Assembly (NCBI RefSeq): GCF_001194135.2
Contig: NC_068989.1
Location: 5,299,159-5,363,098 of the forward strand
DNA: 63,940 nt
Reading direction: 5' to 3'
Origin: Octopus bimaculoides
Taxonomy: Eukaryota
Shown: positions 14,029-26,635 of the stretch, in pieces
Numbering within the stretch: position 1 is the stretch's first letter
Layout of the letters: each line of letters opens with the position of its first letter
The notes under the pieces: model-generated
Database searches by the model: none
Seen by the model: only the letters and a program-made list of their open reading frames with translations
Told to the model about the DNA's origin: nothing
Position numbers and translations under genes: made by a program

Positions 14029-14558
14029 ATGGAAAACCTAACCTTACCTATAGGACCCGGGGTTACTTTAGGAACATCTTTAGGGGGTGGGCTGGGAGAT
14101 GCTTCATATGTACCATCAAATACGATGAATCTCAGGTAGTAAAAGAGAGATACAAAGAGTGACAAGGCTGGCTTTTTTTTCAAGGATAGTTACAATCCTC
14201 AGAACACCCGGAAGTGTGGGCCTCCAACCAGGCCTTTCGCGATACCCTTAAAGTCAGGAACTTTTCAGCACCCTCCTCGTATATATGCACGAATGTCTCT
14301 ATGTATACATGTATGTATGCACTAACATATACACACACATGTATGATTTTGTTTTACTTGTTTAATCAAAAAGTTAGGGGTCACACTTTTTTCAGAGCCT
14401 TTCAGACAGGTGAAAGGAAGTCTGGGGTTAGTGGGGAGAATTATTCTGGAACCGGAGCCCTAACCCAAATGCTTGTAATGGAGCGAACTCTACTAAAGGA
14501 ATCCGAAGAACAAGATGATGATGCGAAACCGGACAACGCCATTGCGTATGCGAAACAT
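14029..14558 (+). CDS. Tentative two-exon fragment of an unknown protein (14029-14135 and 14396-14558)
   Basis: MENLTLPIGPGVTLGTSLGGGLGDASYVPSNTMNL|R|AFQTGERKSGVSGENYSGTGALTQMLVMERTLLKESEEQDDDAKPDNAIAYAKH. Donor CAG|gtagta, acceptor cacttttttcag in matching phase 2, then donor CAT|gtatgc. No family recognised. Confidence 0.3.
14209..14281 (-). mobile_element. Mariner-type terminal fragment
   Basis: Minus strand begins TA-CGAGGAGGGTGCTGAAAAGTTCCTG, resembling mariner TIRs (TACGAGG...); no partner end found. Confidence 0.5.
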
Positions 14559-14875
14559 GTATGCTTTCCTTCATCCTTCTGTGCGTGCACCTATGCCTGT
14601 GTGTTTTACGATGCGTGACTCGTACTGGTAAGTCTTGCCCTTAACACTAGATTTAACAGCGAATTAGAAGGAGGAACGGAATGAAACACTAATGCGTGAT
14701 TAATTAGCGTTCCCCCACCCCTCTTTTCTTTTTCATATCGTTTTGTTGTTTGTTCTTTCGTTTCTTTTTTGTCCTGACTTACAATATGCACTAGACTGAT
14801 AGCGGGTACATTTGCACTGGAGCATAACTGTACACTCAACTGACACACACCCTCGTACGAGCTCATATATATATG

Positions 14876-14974
<99 letters not shown>

Positions 14975-15022
14975 GTGTATGTATTTATATACACATATGT
15001 ATGTGTATATATACATATATCA

Positions 15023-15055
<33 letters not shown>

Positions 15056-15259
15056 GAGTAGGAGAGAGAGATAATGTGGAGAACCATGAAAAGGTCGTCT
15101 ACAACTATTCTTGTAATCTGTAGACCATTTCCACCACTGGTTCAGCCAGAAGTAGTGGTAAGAGATGGGAAATGAGCATCTGCTTCCGTACGTATGTGTA
15201 TGTATCTTAGTGAGTGAATGTGTGTGTGTGTGAAAGAGAGAGGGAGAGAGAGAGAGAGA

Positions 15260-15313
<54 letters not shown>

Positions 15314-15859
15314 TGGGGGTATGTGTATGTCAGTGTGTATGATTAAGTTGTCTGGGATTGTCTGAAATATTAGACAAGGTCTTTTAATACTAGAACAGGG
15401 AACAAAAATGAAAATGTCTTGCGGTCACGTCCTCCTTATTTTCGAGTTCAAACCCTGGCAAGGCCGACTTTAGATTTCGTCCTTGTGGGGGGCCTGACAA
15501 AATAATATATCAGTCAATTACTGAAGGTGATTTAATCAACTAGATTCCCTCCACCTCGATACCCTTCGCCTGTTCCTGAAATTACTAGAATAAATTGCCA
15601 AGCATATAGGTGCAAGCATGGGTATGTAGTTAAGAGGCTCTCCTTGCAACCACCTGGTTCTGGGTTCAATCTCAGTGCGCGGCAACATGGGTAAGTGTTT
15701 TCTACTATCACCTCGGGCCAACCAAAGCCTTGGGAACGACATGATAAAGCTGACACCCACCCCAACCCTCCTCTCCAAAACTCTGTCACATCGTGTTTAT
15801 ATTTAACCCTTTAGGATTACGATTACTCGGTCAAATTCTTTCCTTTGCTTGTTTCCTTT

Positions 15860-16037
15860 GCTTGTTTCCGTCATTTGATTCCTGTCATGCTGGAGCACCG
15901 CCTTAAAGGATTTTTATCCTATCGGTTTCTTTTGCCGAACCGCTAAGTTATGGGGGCATAAACACATCAAAATCGGTTGTCAAGTGATAGCAGAGGTGGG
16001 AGTGGTGGGGGAAAACACACACGCGCACGCACACACG

Positions 16038-16081
<44 letters not shown>

Positions 16082-16243
16082 CGACGAGCTTCTTTCAGTT
16101 TCCGTCTACCAAATCCACTCACAAGGTTTTGGTCAGCCCGATGCTATAGTAGAAGACACTTGCCCAAGGTGCCATGCAATGAGACTGAACCCAGAACCAT
16201 GTGGTTGGGAAGCAAACTTCTTACCACACAACCACCCTGCGCT
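15860..16243 (-). mobile_element. SINE family A, near full length
   Basis: Reverse complement aligns by eye to 60436-60839. Confidence 0.8.
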
Positions 16244-17195
16244 TAAATGTCAGTTATTTATTCACATTGTTTTGAATTATTCATGCATTAAATTGTAGTC
16301 TTGAGATTTCGATGATGTAATTGTAAATTTTTAGAATGACATTGTAGGGTAGGTGTGAGAGGCTGGATCTGGCTGGTCTGAACATAAGCCAGATATGGCC
16401 GACTGAAATGCTAAAAGGTCAAAGTCAACAGAATGTAGTGTCAAACGGACAGCGTCGCCACTCCTCCGCTCCGAAATCTGTGCCCCTGTGAAGTCATTGT
16501 TGCAAGACCAATACTATCACAAGAATCAAAATGGTAATGGAGAATAAATCTATATTTTGCTACAATAGAAAACGGCAGGAATTCAAAGAGAAATTTGAAT
16601 AAAATAATTCTCCATTATGAAGCAGAGGGGAAAAATATAGATAAGAAATAGAATAATTTATCACTAAATTTCTATATTTTACTTTGAAATCTAGGTTTTT
16701 CTCTTTGCTATTGATTGTTGTTTTTGTTATTGGTAGTGTTATTGTTGTTGTTGATGTTGCTGTTGTTTAACACCACGACTTCTCAAATCGAGCTGACACA
16801 TGATCAACGACGTTTCAGCCGTGACCATGTCGTTTTATATATATATAAAAAAATAACAAGGTACATTATCTTGCGTCTTTTACATGTTGCAGTCATTAGA
16901 CTGCGGTCATGCTGGGGCACTGCCTTGAAGAGTTTTTAGTCGAACGAATTAATCCCAGTGCTTTTTTCTAAAACCTGATCCTTATAATATCGGTCACTTT
17001 TACTGAATCGCTATGTTACGGGAGACGTAAACACACCGTCACCGGATGTCAAGCGATGTTGGGGGCCAAACACAGACACAAAGGCACATATACACGAATG
17101 AATATATATGTTTCAATATATATTTCAATATGTAACCGCGTGTGTATCGTTGGCGATTTTCTTTCTCCGTCTTCCCTTCTTTGGACTTTTCCTAT

Positions 17196-17230
17196 ATTTC
17201 TGATGAAGAGATCCGCTCGAAACGTGAAAT
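17196..17230 (+). ncRNA. Minimal hammerhead-like motif with canonical CUGAUGA core but GUG at the cleavage triplet
   Basis: ATTT-CTGATGA-A-GAG(atccg)CTC-GAAA-C-GTG-AAAT. Confidence 0.55.
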
Positions 17231-17883
17231 CCTCTTTCTTTTCTTTTCTTTCCTGGGGGTTCAATAACACTGTACTTATTCCACATCCTCGCGTTGTTGT
17301 TTTTCTCTTTTTTTGGTCATGTTTGGATTGACTATATATATATATATATATATATNNNNNNNNNNNNNNNNNNNNNNNNNNNNNNNNNNNNNNNNNNNNN
17401 NNNNNNNNNNNNNNNNNNNNNNNNNNNNNNNNNNNNNNNNNNNNNNNNNNNNNNNNNNNNNNNNNNNNNNNNNNNNNNNNNNNNNNNNNNNNNNNNNNNN
17501 NNNNNNNNNNNNNNNNNNNNNNNNNNNNNNNNNNNNNNNNNNNNNNNNNNNNNNNNNNNNNNNNNNNNNNNNNNNNNNNNNNNNNNNNNNNNNNNNNNNN
17601 NNNNNNNNNNNNNNNNNNNNNNNNNNNNNNNNNNNNNNNATATCATTTCATATATGTCTCATTCTTATAGAATTATGTTTAATATAAAAAAAAAAAAAGC
17701 AGAAAACGGGTTTATAGATATTACGTTCAGCATATGTTACCATTTACACATAATCCAAATTTATGTTGATGCAGCCTTCATATTGTAAAGGCGAGGGTGG
17801 AGATTGTGTATGCCATGTTGATGGCAGTGGTGTATAGTATTCTTGGTGGTAGCAGTGGTTGAGTGAGCGAGATGGTCACACAC

Positions 17884-17932
<49 letters not shown>

Positions 17933-18241
17933 AACACACACATATGATGGTGGCGGTGGATGTAGTGGGGCAGTAACTCCCCAAAATATTGTATTGCATA
18001 AATGCTCACACGCACGTGCGAGTGTGTGTGCCTATGTGTGTATGCATATATATCTAAATCTATATCCATATCTATATCTACCTCTCTATCTATCTATACA
18101 CACACACATACGTCCATGCATAGTTAGATACATACACACACTCACACACATATAAATATATAAACAGATATATATATACCCGCACATGTATCTATCTATA
18201 GACAGAGAGGCAGACAGACAGACAGACAGACAGACAGATAG

Positions 18242-18301
<60 letters not shown>

Positions 18302-18865
18302 TGACTGACAGACAGATAGCCATACCGATATACCTGAAGGTTTTATTTGGAGTTCAGAAATATATAAAACATAAAAAACAGTAACTCATTTCCTGCTCCA
18401 ATTCTTTATCTTCATCCTCATCAAATCTCGAAGTTCCTCTTATCAGACGGGTAAACACTTTGATGTCAACAGCTGCTGAAACCATTAAAATAATGGTCAT
18501 CGTATTATAGAAACTATTCCAGCTGTGTCAAACACTGTGTAGAATGGTTGTGATGGTCTTGGCGGTGGTGGTGGTGGTGGTGGTGATGGCAGTATTAGTG
18601 ATAGTGCTGTGGTGTTGATCGTGGTAACTGCGTGCTTCGTGTTGTTGTTGTTGTTGATGATGTTGGTACTCGATGTGTACAAAACTGTTGTGGTGACTAC
18701 ACTATTTTACGGATGTAAAACCTGGCCAAGTTACCCCTAAGATGGGAAAGAAAAAAAAAACAAACAAACAACATAACCACTTTCTCTTAGCATAGTAAGT
18801 TAGCTCTCTCTGTGCCATGAGGCACATAAGGCCGCTACACGATCTCTGCAACCAGTTCTAGTTTC

Positions 18866-19074
18866 TTATTTCCTTATTGCCCACAAGGGGCTAAACACAG
18901 AGGGGACAAACAAGGACAGACATAGGAATTAAGTCGATTACATCGACCGCAGTGCGTAACTGGCATGAAAGGCAAAATCGACCTCGGTGGAATTTGAACT
19001 CAGAACGTAACGACAGACGAAATACTAATAAGCATTTCGCCCGGCGCGTTAACGTTTCTGCCAGCTCGCCGCCT
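18866..19074 (-). mobile_element. tRNA-derived SINE, family B, near full length
   Basis: Head AGGCGGCGAGCTGGCAGAA..GTTCTGAGTTCAAATT. Other copies near 4400-4570, 4670-4870, 8050-8240, 8278-8423, 23300-23700, 40685-40832, 48690-48830, 53640-53830 and 56385-56520. Confidence 0.85.
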
Positions 19075-19129
19075 ATTCTAGTTGTAGTTTCTACCACTGT
19101 TTTGGCCTTATTCTAACTTCTCCACTCTT

Positions 19130-19475
19130 CTTGTCTCTTTTCCTTCTCAATGGTCCTTCGCCGTGCAGTTTTAGGCCACTTTGGTGCTCTTTTACTCAGG
19201 GTCTTACTTTAGTGCCACCATACAACTGCTTTTCCGATCTTATCTGAGGACATATCCAATCCAGTCCTAGCATCTGCGTTCCATTTCGTCACTGATCCTG
19301 TTGATGCCCGTTATCGTCTCACTTGTATCGTTTCGCACTTTGTAGCCATTTGATGTCGAGTATCCTCCTTAAATGTGCGAGTAAGTAGCTGTCCATTGTT
19401 TTTGTTTCCACCCACCATTTCTGTCTCTTTCCAATTTTCACATCCGTAGAATAATATTGGTCGGACTAACATGCC
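19130..19475 (-). mobile_element. Degenerate RTE-like LINE, C-terminal region after the RT domain
   Basis: Broken frames give ..VRNDTSETITGINRISDEMERRC*DWIGYVLR*DRKSSCMVAL.., matching the RWnWlGHVLR pattern of RTE ORFs. Confidence 0.65.
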
Positions 19476-19479
19476 TGCA

Positions 19480-19800
19480 AAAAATTATCAACACCAAGTG
19501 ATTAGAGAAAACTCTTAATACTACTGTTCCAGGGGGTGGGGTTAATATGTGAAGCAGGTATGCTTTCTTAAGGAAACTCCAACTGCGATATGGTGGGCAT
19601 TGAACGTGCATACTCGACTCCAGAATTCCGAAATAGATAGTCTTTGATGAACTAGCAGTTTGCTCTTGGACCAAAGAAGAGATACACAGACTCAAAATTA
19701 CCTTGAAAATGTGAAACTTGATGTCTACTTGGGAACATCTTGCTCAAGACCACTCGCTGTGGCCTTAGTGCTTGTATATTCTAGAGTACAGCAGTCAGAA
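19480..19800 (+). mobile_element. Degenerate RTE (BovB-like) LINE 3' coding remnant
   Basis: LRKLQLRYGGH*TCILDSRIPK*IVFDEL...ITLKM*NLMSTWEHLAQDHSLW matches the QLRWAGH..D.R.PK..F.GEL..TWE.LAQDR..W pattern. Confidence 0.75.
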
Positions 19801-20461
19801 TCAGAAATGATCAGAGAAATTAAAGGGAGGAGGGCTGAACAGGAAGCAAAAGTCTCAATGGTTTCTAATTCTGATATTATGTGCTGCTAATGTAACCATG
19901 GATTTTATGCCAATATTGGCCTAATAACCCACTCCTGCGTCTATATATATATATATATTCTTTTTGTTTGAGTGTATGTATGTATATAAACACAGACACA
20001 CACACATATTTTGGTCAGTTCAGTCTCCTGTTACTCTCAGTTTCACCTTCGGTGCAAAGGGTCTTTAGTCAAGTCAGGACTTGCCTACACGAGTTGCATC
20101 TACAAGCGAAACTCGGAGTAGAAAGATACTTGCTCGACCAAAAGATAAATGTTATTAATCTCTGTTATGGTATCGAGTACTAATTTTTCCGATAGTCAAC
20201 ACCGAACGTCTAGATCGGTGTGGAAAGAGACCTGAGTTACGAGACGAAGTCGCTGCTTCAGTTTTAAAAGAAAAAGAAAAAAAAAGCCTCCATATTCTCT
20301 ACATGTACTGAACAACCCTTTCTCATTCATTCGCCATACATACATACTTACATACATACTTACATGCATAAATATATACATAAATACACGTATGCATAAA
20401 TACATACCTATGTATATATACATACACATACATCATAGAGAGAGGGAGAGACAGAGTGGAG

Positions 20462-20538
<77 letters not shown>

Positions 20539-21705
20539 ATATTTTTAATTAACAATTCGTGCTATTCGCTTTCATAACACGAACCACGATAAAAGTTGAA
20601 TATTTTTCACACGCTACCGTATATATGTGAAGTGTGTGGGAGAGTGTGTTGTGTGCATATGTGTGTGTACAAAACATGATAACCATGTGGGATACCTCTC
20701 ACACTCACACATGCACACACTCACATGCACACACTCACACTCACACACTCACACACACGTACATATATATAGTTGTTTTGTGCTTACCAAACTGATAGCT
20801 GACGAGACCTCAATTCTTATTCCCTGTTATTGGCTACTAAAGTATATTTTCCTTTTTCTAAAAGTGTCTCCACCACATATCACACAAAACCACCACCACC
20901 ACCACCACCACCACCACCACCAACACCACCACCATCATCATCATCATCATCACCACTACTAACATTTCCTTCACAAAGATTAATTAAAGAAAAGATACCA
21001 GACGAGATCGTCTCCGTCCTTGGTTCTCTATCGTTTGTACCGCAGCGCCCCCTTTCACCAACTTACGTTGTATCAAAGCATCTTTTCCATGTTTTATTTT
21101 TTACTTGTTTCAGTAAATTTCACTTGACGAAAGCCTCGCGGCCATACTGGGACATCGCCTCGAGGTTTCTAGTCGAATAACTCGATCCCTGAACTTACTT
21201 TTTCAAGCCTGCTAATTACTCTAATTGGGCTTATTTGAAGTAGTAAATTTGCAAAAGTCTTTTGAGTATCGGACACATACTTTGCTGTATTTGTTCCGGA
21301 TGTTTGGTTTCTAAGTTCAAAATCACAGCGTTAAATAGGCCAGTCATGGTCGAGCAGTCCTATGAGTGGACTGGAGTATATATGTGTGTGTGTGTGTGTG
21401 TGTTCCGCAATAATTCGCACTCAGATATTTTCTCACACCGTCTCCGATAAAGGGATATCCATAATATCCCAGAAACAGCTGTAAGACTATTTCATTATAA
21501 ATGTCCTGAAAACTCCTCACAGCCTTGGATTTGTTATCTCATTCTGTCTAACATATACATGCATGCTAATACAAGACCCACATTAGACTCCTCACTCGTA
21601 TCATAATCGAACCAAGAGTTTAACCACGATTTATCCATAGCACTTACTTAGCCTTACCCGACACTCTTTGGGTCTTCTAGATACCAATACCTCTCTTACC
21701 CTCGC

Positions 21706-21776
<71 letters not shown>

Positions 21777-22095
21777 NNNNNNNNNNNNNNNNNNNNNNNN
21801 NNNNNNNNNNNNNNNNNNNNNNNNNNNNNNNNNNNNNNNNNNNNNNNNNNNNNNNNNNNNNNNNNNNNNNNNNNNNNNNNNNNNNNNNNNNNNNNNNNNN
21901 NNNNNNNNNNNNNNNNNNNNNNNNNNNNNNNNNNNNNNNNNNNNNNNNNNNNNNNNNNNNNNNNNNNNNNNNNNNNNNNNNNNNNNNNNNNNNNNNNNNN
22001 NNNNNNNNNNNNNNNNNNNNNNNNNNNNNNNNNNNNNNNNNNNNNNNNNNNNNNNNNNNNNNNNNNNNNNNNNNNNNNNNNNNNNNNNNNNNNNN

Positions 22096-22153
<58 letters not shown>

Positions 22154-23761
22154 GTGCGTGCGTGCGTGTGTGTATGTATGTATGTATGTATGTATGTATG
22201 TAGGTATTCAGACACACGATAGTTTTTGCACACAATTTCTGTCTCCCGACACATATTTTGTAGTTTTAAGCGTTCAATTTAATGCAGAAAAAAGAATAAA
22301 CAACATATCTTCTAGTTTTAAGAGCAGAAGAAAGAAACTAAATAAATAAAATATTTCATAATCACACATTTTCAGTTTTTTGTAAATACAGGTTTTTTTT
22401 TTTTAAACAGGAGAGTGCCAACATTTGGCTTGTTACTATGGAAACAGGCATGAATGTATCTGTGTCTAACGATTGGCTAAAATTACCAAAAATTTATAAA
22501 CTATAAAAGCTATTAACTCTTTGCTTATTGATTAATGGTGAAATTGAATTTTATGTCATTAATTACCGTACAAAACTACATCATTACACCAAATTTTGAA
22601 ATTAATTGGAGCAAAATTGATGAAATTGAAAAGTGGCAGCCAAACAGAAAAAAAATCCGGTTTCGGGATTGAAGTGGAAACTACGTGTTTACAAAGTGAA
22701 CATCTTAACAACACAACTATGTCTGCGTCTATGGGCGTAAATAATGCCGCAAGACCAACCTTGAACAGTAATGAGATTGATGATAATGATAACGACGATG
22801 ATGATGATGATGATGATGATGATGACGATCGGGAAGTTGTGGTGCTATCTATTTGAACAACAGACGGTAGATTCGCTCTGTCAACAGAGTAAGAATAATA
22901 TATTCTTAAAGAGAACTCTGAAAATTCCGACCGTTTCCTATGCTACAGATGACTCACTCCTGCGAAACACGACAGACGCCAGAGATGGTAAGCAGTCAAA
23001 TATGACAGGATTTAACAAGTTGATGCCGTAATGACATTTAAAATGTCATGCTTGTGCGAGCTAGAAATTTGTCAATAGAATTTAGCATTTGTTGAGTCTT
23101 GTACAGGAGGAAATGGATTTAAGCATAGAGACTTGAACGAACTAAAGCAATAGTCTATCTCTAGAAAACACGAGAAATAATGAATTTATTAGTTTCTTTT
23201 CGAGGGAAATTGTTGAGGATCGATTATATTTGAAACTGAATAAGTTTTTCTGAGGTTATTTTCCCATACATTTAACAAATATTATTATTTCCTGCTGCTT
23301 AAGGCAGCGAGCTGACGAGATCGTTAGAGTGCCGGACAAAATGCTTCGCAGCATTCCTTCCGGCTTTACGTCTTGAGTTAAGTTTCACCGAGGTCGACTT
23401 CGCCTTTCATCCTTTCAGAGTCGATCAAATAAGTACCAGTTGAGTACTGGGGTCGATATAGTCGGCTTAATCCTTCACCCGAAACAGCTGGCCCTGTGCC
23501 AAAATTTGAAACTATTATTTTCTGCTGCTTAAAGCAGCGAACTGGAAAAATCGTTAGAATGCCGGACAAAATACTTAGTGGCATTCTTTCCGGCTTTACG
23601 TCCTGAGTTTAAGTTTCACTGAGGTCGACTTCGCCTTTTTGGGGATCGATAAAATAAGTACCTGTTGAGCACTGGGGTAGATGTAATCCACTAAAATTTC
23701 TGGCCTTATTTTAACGACTCCAAAAAGATGGAAGGCAATCAGTAATGGAAGCCTCTGTATG

Positions 23762-24076
23762 CAGTGGCGGACTGGGTCTAAAAATATTGGTTGCCAGGAG
23801 ACTAAGGGGACTCACCCGCAACTACAAGGGGGCCCACCCGCAACTACAATGCTATAATTTATTTATTTATTTTTTGTTAAAAGTATTCTTTTCAACTGTC
23901 TACAAACACAGCCAGACTGAAATAATTAATGCATTCTTCCAGGAGTGAATAAAAAATTCTCAAAGTTCAGGGGAAGGGCCCCTTAGATACTAACAGTGGC
24001 CCCCATATATGGACTGTAATGGCGCAGGGGCCCACTTGCCATCGGGCAAGCTGGCAACCTGACCAGTCTGTCACGG
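23762..24076. mobile_element. 315-bp non-autonomous hAT-type MITE
   Basis: TIR CAGTGGCGGACTGG versus right end CCAGTCTGTCACGG; perfect 8-bp TSD TCTGTATG at 23754-23761 and 24077-24084. Confidence 0.88.
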
Positions 24077-24658
24077 TCTGTATGTGTTGCTCAACTTGTT
24101 AGGAATAGCTGTCAATTTTGCCTGGAATTATACTCTGTCGTGTTGGAATGGAAATATAAGAGGATGGAGAATACAATATTATTGGCACGCGGTTCTGGTG
24201 GTGGTGGAAGAAGAAGAGGAGGAGGAGGAGGAGGCAGCGTGGAAAAAGAAAAGAGTTAATTGGTTAAAATTACAAAAACTTCCATATTTCAAAGTTCATG
24301 ATTTTTTTATTATTATTAGTTTCTCTGGAAAAATGGCTGTGGTTTTCTTATCGTAATTGGCATACAAAACAACAGCATCTGTAAAAATTTTCAATAAGAT
24401 CGGTGACTGTGATTCAAATGACAAAGATCAAAAGAAAAAAAAAACAAAAGAAAAAAGGATGGTCACAGCTAGAATGCTCTTGATCACCGAGGTCAGTTTG
24501 ATCAATATTGAACTGAGGTCAAGCAACAAAACAAAAGTAAAAATCTATTCCGACAGGAAATTATAAATAAGTCACTTCCTGTTGGCGTTCTTTTGTGAGC
24601 GCATGTTGACTTACACACGTACACTTACATATGCAAACACATAATACACATACATACA

Positions 24659-24689
<31 letters not shown>

Positions 24690-24893
24690 GCACACAAACA
24701 TACGTTTCAAAAATAATCAAATTTACTCTTAGAAAATCATATTGTTTACTTCTTTAAGATAAACCATCTATGAACATACACTGTGTTAGCCGGTACTCGG
24801 AAAGGTGCTTAGTGAGAACCCAGCTCGGATTTTCAATCCCCATCTTCTGTGTGTATGTGTGTGTGTGTGTGTGTAAATGGATGAATGTATGTA

Positions 24894-24938
<45 letters not shown>

Positions 24939-25655
24939 GTGCATTTGTGCTAATCTTTCGTTTGATGTACGCAGTACACCGAAGTAAATCATGGTCTTGA
25001 CTTCGTAGATCTCATCAATGCAAAGCAAGCGAGTGCCAGGATAAAGGTGAAGTAGCATTAACATCGTTAAGTTTACACTGCATTGGGAATCGAAGTCCAA
25101 TATTGATCTATGTAGAGGATCTATTAATACATTGGTTGAAAGATTGTAATTAGAAGCGAATTCTAATTAACACCGATTATATAATGATCTAAGCTCTTAA
25201 CCAATTTTTTTCTAGATAAGAAAGACAAGCAAATATCAAGGAATCTTGTAACATTTTACGTCAGTAATCGTTGGTTAGAAAATGTCAAAACTGGAACAGT
25301 AATGAAAACCGTAAGAATAAAAAGAAGCAACAGATGTAGATGAAGTTTCTGCAGGTAAATATCCTGCTTAATTAAAGAAAATAATCAATGAGAATAATTA
25401 CGATGATCCTCAAATTGTCAATGTTGACGAAGCCAACTTTGTTTCGGAAAAAATGTCATCAAGAACTTTGTCTCCTTTCTTTCTTTTTAAAAATGTAAAA
25501 TGTCTCAATTTGGTCATAAAGCATCACAGGATCGATTAACCTTCTTATTTAGAGACAATGCTGAAGAGAGGGTGGCTTCTAATCAAAGCCGAATCTTATT
25601 TATCGAAAGACGATCTCAAAAGCTTTAAAATTATGCAACAAGCAATTTGGTGATC

Positions 25656-25960
25656 AAATGTTTGTTCCTTCTCGAGCCATGCCTGGGTCACAAGGGCCGG
25701 TTTCCCGGTTTCATTGGCGTATAGGTTCCCCACCTGGCCGGGACGCCGGTCTGTCACAGGCGAGCTGCTAGACGCTGGAGGAAAGAATGAGAGAAAGTTG
25801 TGGCGAAAGAGTCAGCAGAAGTTCGTCATTACCTTCTGTCGGAGCTGCGTGGAGCTTAGGTTTTTCGCTCATAAGCACACACATCGCCCGGTCTGAGATT
25901 TGAACCCGCGAACCATCGACCGCGAGTCTGCTGCTCTAACCGCTAGGCCATGTGCCTCCA
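25656..25960 (-). mobile_element. tRNA-derived SINE, family D, full length
   Basis: Head TGGAGGCACATGGCCTAGCGGTTAGAG..GGGTTCAAATCTC; tail GAAACCGGGAAACCGGCCC..GGCATGGCTCGAGAAGGAACAAAC. Confidence 0.8.
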
Positions 25961-26456
25961 TAATAAGTAAAAAGCGTGTGTCCATACACTCTTGTTTTGT
26001 TTACAAATTGTGACGTCGCATTCTGTCTTTAGATTGAAATTTATTGGAAAGAAAAAAGTGCATAATTTAGGTTACACAGTTCCTTTGATCCTTTAAGGAT
26101 TTTTGTACTAATATGTAAAACATAATCCCAACTGCTGTCCATTTCTGTTTATTTTATGTTCTCTGTAGTCTAGCATGCTGATGTTGCTCTCTTAAGACTG
26201 TCGTTCGTAGAGATCGTCGCCAATACGTCGTTGACATCATCCAAACAGCTGTAGATCTGTTTTCATAGCTGTCAGTAACGTCTCTTGCATATGTCGCCTC
26301 ACAATATGATGGCCTTACTCGATCGAGGTGGCACGAGGTCTTCCTTGTTGTAAGCGGACAACTGCAGTTCCAGTAAGCTGGATACGATGCTGAAGACGAT
26401 AATATAAATATGTGTTTATGTTGAAACATGTACGTTGAAGTAATTTTCAGCCAGTT

Positions 26457-26635
26457 GGGTCCTAAAAGGCTGAGATGTATCTGGTTGCCGGTACACGTCA
26501 TTAAAAGGGTCCTAAAAGGCTGAGATGTACCTGGTTGCCGATACATGTCACTAAAAGGGCCCTAAAAGGTTGAGATGTATCTGGTTGCCGGGTACACGTC
26601 ACTAAAAGGACCCTAAAAGGCTGAGATATATCTGG
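26457..26635. repeat. 50-bp minisatellite, about 3.5 units
   Basis: cctaaaagg(c/t)tgagat recurs at 26461, 26511, 26561 and 26612. Confidence 0.92.

Noticed and set aside
14048-14130. Minus-strand exon candidate FIVFDGTYEASPSPPPKDVPKVTPGPIG with a strong donor
   Set aside because: The acceptor is weak (tgag) and no partner exon was found. It competes with the plus-strand model, and neither is established.
19660-19890. 76-aa plus-strand ORF ending in Cys-Cys (prenylation-like), and a minus-strand exon-like segment in the same place
   Set aside because: Another plus frame of the same DNA is a recognisable decayed RTE LINE C-terminus, which explains the sequence.
26457-26635. Possible CRISPR-like array
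   Set aside because: Units are contiguous with no unique spacers, the context is eukaryotic and there are no cas genes.
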